DNA of 24,000 nt from positions 1 through 24,000 of the forward strand of contig JANQMF010000025.1 in assembly GCA_028280225.1 (NCBI GenBank), written 5' to 3'. Below the pieces are notes generated by a model. That model worked only from the letters and a program-made list of their open reading frames with translations. It made no database searches and was not told the origin of the DNA. Position numbers and translations under genes: made by a program. Within the stretch, counting starts at the first letter, position 1; the number at the start of each line of letters is the position of its first letter. The DNA is from Pseudomonadales bacterium (GTDB taxonomy: Bacteria; Pseudomonadota; Gammaproteobacteria; Pseudomonadales; Azotimanducaceae). This document shows positions 1 through 7,419 of the stretch, piece by piece.

Positions 1-32
1 GCTAACGTTGGGGTCAGACCCCAGCGTTGGCG
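1..32. repeat. REP-like extragenic palindrome, copy 1 (touches window edge)
   Basis: Sequence is gctaacgTtggggtcAgaccccagcgttggcg. The arm aacgttggggtc pairs with gaccccagcgtt around a single-nt loop, with one T:G position. Its reverse complement matches the copy at 614-645 almost exactly. Confidence 0.75.
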
Positions 33-75
33 AATTATCGCTGGCTGCCGGTGGGCATATCCGCGCATTAAAACT

Positions 76-107
76 GCTTACGCTGGGGTCTGACCCCAAC
101 GTTAGCG
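76..107. repeat. REP-like extragenic palindrome, copy 2 (inverted relative to copy 1)
   Basis: Sequence is gcttacgctggggtctgaccccaacgttagcg. It shares the core ACGCTGGGGTCTGACCCCAACGT with copies 3 and 4. With copy 1 it forms an inverted pair separated by about 43 nt. Confidence 0.75.
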
Positions 108-108
108 G

Positions 109-516
109 TTACGGCTGTGAGGGGAAATCTTTGGGATATTGGATGCCGGTATCGCCAATTTTGTCCCAGTGGGCTTTTGATGCTACGTACACGTGGGCGC
201 CGACTTTGATATCCGGAAGTTGTTGCGGGTCGATTAGACCCGCGGGAATCCAGTAGGTGGTTTCTTCCGGATCACAATGCGGTACCGGGCTGCCGCAGTT
301 TTGGCAGAATGTGCTGCGGTAGTTGCCCTTGGAAAATACGCGGATTTGGTCTTCACCGGATATCCAGGAGAAATCCCGCGCGCTGGCCAGGCACATGGAA
401 ATGCATGCGGAACCCCGGGCCCGCCGGCAGAGCGAGCAGTGACACTGATAGATGTCTGTTACCGGACCGGCAACTTCAAACGTGACCGCGCCGCAAAAAC
501 ATTCCCCGTGGCTCAT
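109..516 (-). CDS. GFA family (glutathione-dependent formaldehyde-activating enzyme-like, CENP-V/GFA domain) zinc-Cys protein
   Basis: The translation MSHGECFCGAVTFEV...YQCHCSLCRRARGS...FCQNCGSPV carries the typical GFA cysteine pattern (C-x-C-G, C-H-C-x2-C, C-x2-C). I placed the start at the internal ATG (514-516), because the longer ORF to 585 adds a non-homologous N-terminus. Confidence 0.8.
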   Translation of the reverse strand: MSHGECFCGAVTFEVAGPVTDIYQCHCSLCRRARGSACISMCLASARDFSWISGEDQIRVFSKGNYRSTFCQNCGSPVPHCDPEETTYWIPAGLIDPQQLPDIKVGAHVYVASKAHWDKIGDTGIQYPKDFPSQP

Positions 517-613
517 TAACCAAATTCCTGGACCTTGAGCAATCAGGCTAACACAGGTGATCTGTTGGCCAGCTGAGAAAAACACATCTTCGTCTTGAAT
601 TAGAGGCTAATTT

Positions 614-645
614 GCCAACGCTGGGGTCTGACCCCAACGTTAGCG
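614..645. repeat. REP-like extragenic palindrome, copy 3
   Basis: Sequence is gccaacgctggggtctgaccccaacgttagcg, the reverse complement of copy 1. It lies in the intergenic gap between the GFA gene and the next minus-strand gene. Confidence 0.75.
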
Positions 646-656
646 AATTGGGGGAG

Positions 657-1160
657 TTAGAAGCCTGCCTGAATCACTTTTCGAATTCGAGCCCGCACCG
701 AGGCTGGTTCATCCCGCAAGCCCATGCGGAAGAATGCCCGGGCTTCATCCTGATATTCCGGGAAGCGCCGGGCCAATTCGTAAAAACCGCTGTAGGACCA
801 GGCTCTGACAAATTTAACCTCGTGGGTCAGGCTGTCTCTGACAAATTTCTCCACGGTCGCCTTTTCGGTTGGGGGTATGGGTAAATAGGCCATACACTGC
901 AACAGGTGAAGTTTGCTTTGCCAATGGGTCAGCAGCGGGCAGAGCCGGTAAATCTCCGTAATTCCGTCCGCTTCAATTTGACCGGCATGCTCCAGATAGT
1001 GTTTTAACAGCCAGGTTGCCCCCTTCTGCGTAGCGTCCAGAGCAGCCAAACGAATAATTTCCCGGCTAAAATTGTTGTTTGCGCGCTCAGATTGGTAAAT
1101 AGCCTCGATGTCGTCAGCGGATTTTCCATCCCACCTGCGTAGCCTGTCTTCCAAATTCAC
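657..1160 (-). CDS. Hypothetical all-alpha protein (possibly HEAT/ARM-like, DNA-alkylation-repair-like superfamily; function not supported)
   Basis: 167-aa ORF with a GTG start, 21 nt downstream of the DUF3604 stop on the same strand. Its composition is helix-rich (…ATWLLKHYLEH…KFVRAWSYSGFYELARRFPE…). Only a vague resemblance to AlkD-like HEAT proteins, recalled from memory. Confidence 0.55.
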   Translation of the reverse strand: MNLEDRLRRWDGKSADDIEAIYQSERANNNFSREIIRLAALDATQKGATWLLKHYLEHAGQIEADGITEIYRLCPLLTHWQSKLHLLQCMAYLPIPPTEKATVEKFVRDSLTHEVKFVRAWSYSGFYELARRFPEYQDEARAFFRMGLRDEPASVRARIRKVIQAGF

Positions 1161-1181
1161 GGTCTGTCCCGCCCGGTCGGG

Positions 1182-3080
1182 CTAAGGTACAAACCAAATG
1201 GGTGATGACCAAACCCGCTCTTGAATGGTGGCTGGCAACCCCTCACGAGGCGCTACACCCGCACGTACCGCATCCCAGGTGGACCAGCGGCAGGTTGGAT
1301 TTTCCAATCCGCGTACGTAGTAAAAAGCCCTTTGTTCCGGGTTAAAGCCCGGGTCGGTCCAGATGGTTTCCAACTCTGCCGCACCGGACCCTCCTGAAAT
1401 TTCACAGGTTGTGATGTCCACCGTGGCGCCATTGTCCGGGCAGCGGTGGGTCTGCGCATCCACACTCAGTCCATCAGCACAGGCCACGTCAAAAACCTGC
1501 TCACGGGGTGAGCCGTCCTCTATCCAACCCTTAACAATCTGCAATCTTTGCAGCGGTGCTGAACGGGCATCTTTAGCCGCCCAGACAAAAAACTCAGGGC
1601 CGGCATCCCCATCAGCCACTAAGTCACCGCCCATGGGAACCGCTGACGCATAGAATCTGGATATCCGGTCTTCAGCATCAACCAGCTTGGTCAAACCATA
1701 ACCGGCAAAAAAGCGCACCTGCATTCGGGGTCCGGAAGTGGCAAAGGTTTCCTTGCGGCGAAACGCCGCGTAGATGGAACCGCGGGTATTCTCTTCGGCC
1801 CAGACACCCGCCAGGCCCGATGCACCCCAGGTGGGGAACGAGGCGATGTCACCCCCCATATACCGGCTGCCGTCAGGCCCCGGTTCCGGCAATGGCACCG
1901 AGCCACGCATCACCGGCGTGCCATCGATAATGCCAGCCTTGCTCCAGTAATTGTCCTCATCAAATCCACCAGCCCCCACGTGGGTATCCGATGAGCCGAT
2001 CAAACCAAATTGATAAGGATTAAAACCTTCGTTGGCGGCAAACCGCAGACCATTCAGATACGCTTCCCGGACATAGCTGCCCTGGGGTTTGCTGGGTTCC
2101 GTGGTGGCAACCTTCACCTCCATCAGCTCGAAGTTTGCCCACTCATCGTTCGGCGACAACAGCGGATGAGTCTCGGATGTACCCTTGACCTGGGTAATTT
2201 CCACCAGCGGTTCGTTACGCATCCGCTGCTCGGCATAAGCCGGCGAAAACCGGGTGCCATCAGTTTCCGCCAGCGCAAACATCAGGCCATTCGAACCGTT
2301 GGAGTTGTGCGGTATGGCCAGACCCTCTATGCCCGCAGCGCGTTGTTGATCCAACCAATCCCATAAGTCTTCCGGATTGGCGGAATCCATGCTGGAAAAC
2401 GGCAGATCCGGAGGCGTATCCCGAAAAACAACGTTTCTGTGCAGATTTTCCCGTTCAGCGCCCGCAGCGGTATATTCATACGCCACAAAGGTGGTGAACC
2501 TACCCGGATTGTTGTGGCGCCGGGCCGCCGCCACCGTGGTTTCCCATGCAGAGCGGACAACCGCCGGATCGAGCAGATCATCGGGCTTATCCAACTGTTT
2601 TCTTAAATACGGAAACATGGCCTGAAACGCTTCCACCCGCTCCTGGGAATTCGAGGCTTCACGAATCGCCACCGCAATGGGATGTTTGCCAACGGTGGTC
2701 TCAGGATTGTCCATGGCCGGCAGCATACCCATATACATGGCGTGATCGGTTACACCCAGAAAATCCAAGGGTTGAGCTAATTGCATCTGAAAACCCGAAG
2801 GGTGCGCCAAGGCTGCACCCTTGGCATATTCATACGCAGAATCCGGTGTACTACGGGTACCGAATATAAAGGCATCAAACGACAACTGAGTATGAATGTG
2901 CAAATCACCAAACAATGCCCGCCTGCTCCCGGGGTCTATTGGCGCCTGCTGTACAGCAGCTGGCTGACCCACCTTTGCCGCCGCTTCTTTTGTGTTGTCA
3001 GCCCGGTTGTCTTCCTCTTGTCCGCAGCTCATCAGTCCAAGAATGATTAGAACCAGGCCCAACTTTGTGCAAGTTTTCAT
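1182..3080 (-). CDS. DUF3604 domain protein (PHP-like metal-dependent hydrolase fold), predicted lipoprotein
   Basis: The N-terminal FGDLHIHTQLSFDAF motif, the approximately 630-aa size and the later ...GSSDTHVG... segment are typical of DUF3604. The start is taken at ATG 3078-3080, giving MKTCTKLGLVLIILGLMSC with a lipobox-like LMSC. The ORF-track start at 3125 is a TTG. Confidence 0.8.
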   Translation of the reverse strand: MKTCTKLGLVLIILGLMSCGQEEDNRADNTKEAAAKVGQPAAVQQAPIDPGSRRALFGDLHIHTQLSFDAFIFGTRSTPDSAYEYAKGAALAHPSGFQMQLAQPLDFLGVTDHAMYMGMLPAMDNPETTVGKHPIAVAIREASNSQERVEAFQAMFPYLRKQLDKPDDLLDPAVVRSAWETTVAAARRHNNPGRFTTFVAYEYTAAGAERENLHRNVVFRDTPPDLPFSSMDSANPEDLWDWLDQQRAAGIEGLAIPHNSNGSNGLMFALAETDGTRFSPAYAEQRMRNEPLVEITQVKGTSETHPLLSPNDEWANFELMEVKVATTEPSKPQGSYVREAYLNGLRFAANEGFNPYQFGLIGSSDTHVGAGGFDEDNYWSKAGIIDGTPVMRGSVPLPEPGPDGSRYMGGDIASFPTWGASGLAGVWAEENTRGSIYAAFRRKETFATSGPRMQVRFFAGYGLTKLVDAEDRISRFYASAVPMGGDLVADGDAGPEFFVWAAKDARSAPLQRLQIVKGWIEDGSPREQVFDVACADGLSVDAQTHRCPDNGATVDITTCEISGGSGAAELETIWTDPGFNPEQRAFYYVRGLENPTCRWSTWDAVRAGVAPREGLPATIQERVWSSPIWFVP

Positions 3081-3187
3081 GCTCCATCCCCATTGACAAT
3101 ATGCCGCCTGCCTATCTTCACCCAAAGTTGCCTGAGGATCACCGACTAATTGCAGCCCACATTCGGAGCGCGTTTGAGCGAACTAAT

Positions 3188-3206
3188 GGTAATGATTATC
3201 ATTTGC
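3188..3206. promoter_or_regulatory. Fur box in the divergent DUF3604 / secreted-protein intergenic region
   Basis: GGTAATGATTATCATTTGC matches 15 of 19 positions of the GATAATGATAATCATTATC consensus. It sits in the spacer between a possible -35 TGGTAA (3187-3192) and -10 TAAAAT (3210-3215) for the + gene. Confidence 0.7.
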
Positions 3207-3245
3207 GTCTAAAATAGACCACCTTCAACCAAGGTTACAAAGCAG

Positions 3246-4379
3246 ATGAACTTGCCCGCCGCCACCGCCATTGCTGTCCTTTTCACCCTATTGTCCACTC
3301 CGGCACGGGCTGAAGCATCCGCTGATGCAACGCTGAAGGAACCATCCCGGCAATATACCTTTACCTGGCGCTTTCAACCCGAAAGCGAAATGGCGCCCAG
3401 AGGCGGCACCACCCAGGGTGCTGAAGTGACATTGGTTTCCGAACCTACCCCGGCCTGGCGCGCCCTTCAGGAGCCCGGTATCAGCCGAAAAGAAAAAGAC
3501 CGCCGGGCCATCCTGGCCATGGCGGGCCCCTACCGGGCTTCTTTTGACTTTATCGAAGCTGTTGGCCTGAATCCGGGTTATACCCCGCCCCGGCCATATC
3601 AATCCTGGGGCACAGAATATGTTTACGTGGTCGCAGACCAGCCGGACTTTATCAGCTTGCAACACATTCTCGTGATGTTCATGACCCAACCCGATGGCAG
3701 CCAATCCGAACCCATTGTGGTTAAACACTGGCGTCAGGACTGGCAATACGAACAACGCCGCTACTATGCTTATACCGGGCACAATCACTGGCGCGCTAAG
3801 AAAGTACCCCGGGGGCAACTGTCCGGCACCTGGGTGCAGAGTGTGTACCAGGTGGACGACTCTCCCAGATATGCTGCTTTCGGCCGTTGGGAGCATACAA
3901 AAAACTACTCCAGCTGGATCAGCAGCGAAACCTGGCGGCCCCTGCCCCGGCGGGAATTCAGTGTCCGCTCAGACTACGACACTCTGGTGGGCACTAATCG
4001 GCACACCATTACCCCCACGGGCTGGGTACACCTGGAAAACAACAAGAAAGTGGTGCTATCACGGGCCGAAAACCCGGAACCTCTGGAGGTGTTGTCTGTA
4101 GAAGTGGGACTGAACCGTTACGAACAAATTACCCAACACGACTGGAGCGCCGGGGATAATTACTGGGCGCACACCGGTGCATTCTGGGCCAACGTAAGAA
4201 ATCAGTGGGCACAACTGCTGCGCGAAGGTCGTGGGGTAAAATTGCACACCCGGACAGGAGAAAAGTCTCTATTTGCGGAAATGTTCTCGCTTGCCAGCAC
4301 CTATGCAGCAGACGCCTACGACGCCCAAGCCGCGACTGACGCTATTGCCCGCACGTTAAGGGATCACACTGCACCCTAG
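3246..4379 (+). CDS. Secreted protein of unknown function
   Basis: 377-aa ORF with a clear Sec signal peptide (MNLPAATAIAVLFTLLSTPARA/EA). It is Trp- and Tyr-rich (…VVKHWRQDWQYEQRRYYAY…WEHTKNYSSWISSETWRPLPRRE…). I do not recognise a family. Confidence 0.7.
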   Translation: MNLPAATAIAVLFTLLSTPARAEASADATLKEPSRQYTFTWRFQPESEMAPRGGTTQGAEVTLVSEPTPAWRALQEPGISRKEKDRRAILAMAGPYRASFDFIEAVGLNPGYTPPRPYQSWGTEYVYVVADQPDFISLQHILVMFMTQPDGSQSEPIVVKHWRQDWQYEQRRYYAYTGHNHWRAKKVPRGQLSGTWVQSVYQVDDSPRYAAFGRWEHTKNYSSWISSETWRPLPRREFSVRSDYDTLVGTNRHTITPTGWVHLENNKKVVLSRAENPEPLEVLSVEVGLNRYEQITQHDWSAGDNYWAHTGAFWANVRNQWAQLLREGRGVKLHTRTGEKSLFAEMFSLASTYAADAYDAQAATDAIARTLRDHTAP

Positions 4380-4392
4380 GCTGCCCGCCGCA

Positions 4393-4698
4393 TTACTCCA
4401 CAACAGATTCAAACGTTTCCAACTCCGGATGCCCCAGATAGGTCCCCTTAGGGGCACTGGCCTGGGCGTGGGCTTTGCGAAAGGCATCAGACTCCGTCCA
4501 CGCCTCAAAAGCAGCCCGGCTCTCCCAGATTGTGTGTGAGGCATAAAGTGTATGTTCGTCGCTGCTGGGGCCTTTAAGCAGACGAAAGGATGAAAACCCA
4601 GGCACACTTTCCAGGTGGCTGTCCCTGGTGCGCCAGACATTTTCGAAGCCTTCTTCGAAGCCCGGGGCTATTCTGAAACGATTCATGGCAATAAACAT
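4393..4698 (-). CDS. ABM-fold monooxygenase, IsdG/HmoB-type heme-degrading enzyme
   Basis: 101 aa. AMNRF...HTIWESRAAFEAWTESDAFRKAH aligns with the S. aureus IsdG pattern ENR...T[IV]W.S..AF..W..SD.F..AH. This preserves the Asn/Trp/His catalytic triad (N6, W67, H77 here). It is the last gene of the hmu operon. An AGGAG lies 6 nt before the ATG. Confidence 0.85.
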   Translation of the reverse strand: MFIAMNRFRIAPGFEEGFENVWRTRDSHLESVPGFSSFRLLKGPSSDEHTLYASHTIWESRAAFEAWTESDAFRKAHAQASAPKGTYLGHPELETFESVVE

Positions 4699-4699
4699 A

Positions 4700-4743
4700 G
4701 TAATCTCCTGTTAAATTCTATGTAATCTCCTATTAAATTCTAT
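4700..4743. repeat. 22-bp tandem duplication (2 units, 1 mismatch) spanning the hmuV stop and the monooxygenase RBS
   Basis: gtaatctcctGttaaattctat (4700-4721) is followed by gtaatctcctAttaaattctat (4722-4743). On the coding (-) strand each unit carries AGGAGATTAC. Confidence 0.9.
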
Positions 4744-5513
4744 TGTGCGTAAACCATCAGCCGGTTGAGCCCGCCATGGTGTTCTACCGTCAGCGGTGTC
4801 CCATAAACACCACTCAACCGGGGCCCTTCCAGTACTTCGCCGGGAGACCCCGAGGCTATCAGAGCACCCTTGCACAGCAGATAAATATTGTCTGCATAGC
4901 GGCTGGCCAGGTTCAAATCGTGCATGACAATGATCACGCCTATACCCTGAGCCGCAGCGTCCTGCACCAGTTCCAACAACATAAGCTCATGCGCCACGTC
5001 CAGACTGGATGTCGGTTCATCCAACAACAAGAAGGCAGGCTGTGTCAGCGGCGCCATGGGACACACCTGCAACAAAGCCCGGGCAAACTGCACCCGCTGC
5101 TGTTCACCGCCAGACAAGGAATTGAAGGGGCGGTGAAGATAATCCGCAATATGACATTGCTCTATAACCGCCTGCATTTGCGTCTTCATCATGCCCTGGT
5201 TCGGGCGCACCCAGCCCATGGCCAGAATATCCTTAACTAAAAAATCAAAAACGATGTGGCTGGCCTGGGTCATTACCGCCCGTGCCAGAGCTTGTTCCAA
5301 CAGGCTCATATCCGTCAGCTTGCGGCCATGATAGCTGATGTTTCCGGCTCCACATTTCAGTTCACCACTTATAAGCTTGAGCAGGGTGGTCTTACCCGCA
5401 CCATTCGGACCGACAATAATGCTGACCTGACCGGCGGCAAACTCGGTACTGACGTCATTCACAAGAGTATCCTGGCGATAGGCAAACGATACATCATGCA
5501 AACAGATGCTCAT
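4740..5513 (-). CDS. hmuV: Heme ABC transporter ATP-binding protein
   Basis: Walker A GPNGAGKTTLL, signature LSGGEQQRVQFARAL and Walker B LLLDEPTSSLD are present. The ATG at 5511-5513 overlaps the hmuU stop in an ATGA arrangement. The ORF-track start at 5540 is a GTG. Confidence 0.9.
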   Translation of the reverse strand: MSICLHDVSFAYRQDTLVNDVSTEFAAGQVSIIVGPNGAGKTTLLKLISGELKCGAGNISYHGRKLTDMSLLEQALARAVMTQASHIVFDFLVKDILAMGWVRPNQGMMKTQMQAVIEQCHIADYLHRPFNSLSGGEQQRVQFARALLQVCPMAPLTQPAFLLLDEPTSSLDVAHELMLLELVQDAAAQGIGVIIVMHDLNLASRYADNIYLLCKGALIASGSPGEVLEGPRLSGVYGTPLTVEHHGGLNRLMVYAQ

Positions 5514-6544
5514 CTGCGGCGCATCCGCGCAATCAGCCACAGGAAAAAAGGTGCGCCAAGGGCGCTGGTCACCAGGCTGACCGGCAATTCCGCCGGAACA
5601 ATCACGGTGCGTGCTAACAGGTCCGCCAGCACCATAAGCCCGGCACCCAATAAAAGTGAGCCGGCCAACAGATACCGGTGCAGCGGCCCAATCATCAGCC
5701 GGACAAGATGCGGCACAATCAAACCCACAAAGCCAATGATGCCGGACAACGCAACCCCGGCACCCACCGCCACCGCCGACATCAGGATCACAACCCGTTT
5801 CAAACGCCCAACGTTAATACCAAGGTGCGCGGCTTCCGCCTCGCCAAGCTGCAACAGATCTAACTGCCTGCCCTGGCGAATCAGCAATATGCCGGCGGCG
5901 GACATGACCAACAAGGCCGGAATAACCGTATCCCAGCCCGCGCGGCCAAAACTCCCCATCATCCAGAACACCAGGTTACGTAACTGACGATCATCGCTGA
6001 GATATTCAAAAGCCCCAATGCCCACCGTAGACAGCGCATTAACCGCAATACCTACTAATAACAGGGTCACAATACTGAATTGACCAAACCAGGCAGCAAA
6101 TCCATATAAGAAACTGGTCACCAGCAGTGCTCCGGCCACCGCCGCCAGCGGCACCGCGTAGGCTGCCCAGCCCGCAGGAAGATCAATCAAGTCCCCCAGA
6201 ACAATCATGGCAATCGCCCCCAGCGCCGCCCCCGCAGAAACACCAATAAGCGTGGGATCGGCTAACGGATTGCGAAACAATCCTTGCAGGCAGGCACCGG
6301 ATAACCCCAACATGGCCCCCACCCCGGCGGCCAACAGCACCCGGGGGGCTCGAATTTCAAAAAATACCGTGTGTTGCAAATCTGTCGCCTGCTGCCGCAA
6401 TATCTCCCAAACCGGCAGCGGAATTGCGCCCACTGAAAATGCCAAAAACAAACTGATAACGGTCAGGGCCAACAAGACCCACAGCTTGCTGACCTGTGCT
6501 GTCAACATCGAGACAGACGCAAGAGACGAGGCCGGTACGCTCAA
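5510..6544 (-). CDS. hmuU: FecCD-family heme ABC transporter permease
   Basis: Polytopic membrane protein with the typical FecCD/BtuC pattern (…LGLSGACLQGLFRNPLADPTLIGVSAGAALGA…). The start is ambiguous: TTG at 6544 overlaps the hmuT stop, and ATG at 6508 is the alternative. Confidence 0.9.
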   Translation of the reverse strand: MSVPASSLASVSMLTAQVSKLWVLLALTVISLFLAFSVGAIPLPVWEILRQQATDLQHTVFFEIRAPRVLLAAGVGAMLGLSGACLQGLFRNPLADPTLIGVSAGAALGAIAMIVLGDLIDLPAGWAAYAVPLAAVAGALLVTSFLYGFAAWFGQFSIVTLLLVGIAVNALSTVGIGAFEYLSDDRQLRNLVFWMMGSFGRAGWDTVIPALLVMSAAGILLIRQGRQLDLLQLGEAEAAHLGINVGRLKRVVILMSAVAVGAGVALSGIIGFVGLIVPHLVRLMIGPLHRYLLAGSLLLGAGLMVLADLLARTVIVPAELPVSLVTSALGAPFFLWLIARMRRR

Positions 6545-7419
6545 CCCGGGTCACCTTGTGGTTTGAACTGTTGTGCCAGATCCCTTGCCGCCACCAGGGT
6601 GCGGGGGCCAAAACCCAGCAGGGTCATACCATCCACAGCAATTATTCGAGCGTTTTTTCCCGCCTTGGTCAGGCGTACACTGGGGTGGGCCAACACGGCC
6701 TCACGACCACCCGCCGCTTCAATCCCACGCACAGGCATAACAATAAACTCAGGATCAGACTCTGCCATGGATTCCAGCGAGATGGGTTTCCAGCCGCTGA
6801 AGCCGGCAAATACATTATTTGCCCCAGCCATAGTCAACACGCCGTGGGCTGATGTATCGCGCCCACCTCCGGTGGGCACACCATCCGCCAACGATAGTAA
6901 TATACCCACCCTGGGGCGTTCACCCCCCTTATCAACCTGAAGCTGGTGGACCATGCCATCCATGGCATCCCTGAGCTTTGCTACGGCATTCGCCTGGGCG
7001 TCCATTATCTGAGCGATACAGGCAACCTTTTCGTAAATACCCTGGACGGTGTGCACCTCCGGCAGCACCACAACCGGCAGGCCCGCCTTGCGCACCTGTT
7101 CCACAACTTCCCCGGGGCCCATGTCATGTTCACCCAATACAAGCGTTGGGTTCAGTGCCAGCAGTCCTTCGGCGGAAACCGCGCGCACATAGCCTATAGA
7201 CGGCAGCCGGGTAGCTGCCTGGGGGAAATTTGAGGTACGGTCCACCGCCACAATTTTATCTTGCGCACCCAGCGCATAAATGATTTCCGTAATGGAACCA
7301 CCCGCCACCGCCACCCTGCTGGCATCCAGATCCCGGGTTGGACAAGACCCAGCCTCTGGTGCGGCAAAAGTCCGGGCCGTCAGCAGCACCAGGACGCAGA
7401 CGGCCAAGTAGTTGTTCAT
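6541..7419 (-). CDS. hmuT: Periplasmic heme/hemin-binding protein of ABC transporter
   Basis: Signal peptide MNNYLAVCVLVLLTARTFAAPEA. The body is a cluster-A/class-8 substrate-binding-protein-like sequence (RVAVAGGSITEIIYALGAQDKIVAVD…). It sits between the receptor and the permease. Its ATG directly abuts the receptor stop codon (7419/7420). Confidence 0.85.
   Translation of the reverse strand: MNNYLAVCVLVLLTARTFAAPEAGSCPTRDLDASRVAVAGGSITEIIYALGAQDKIVAVDRTSNFPQAATRLPSIGYVRAVSAEGLLALNPTLVLGEHDMGPGEVVEQVRKAGLPVVVLPEVHTVQGIYEKVACIAQIMDAQANAVAKLRDAMDGMVHQLQVDKGGERPRVGILLSLADGVPTGGGRDTSAHGVLTMAGANNVFAGFSGWKPISLESMAESDPEFIVMPVRGIEAAGGREAVLAHPSVRLTKAGKNARIIAVDGMTLLGFGPRTLVAARDLAQQFKPQGDPG

Noticed and set aside
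8-256. 82-aa plus-strand ORF starting inside REP copy 1 and running antisense into the GFA gene. The 612-884 (+) ORF starting in REP copy 3 is similar.
   Set aside because: Both begin within palindromic repeat DNA and overlap well-supported minus-strand genes. Their sequences are unremarkable, so they are treated as spurious.
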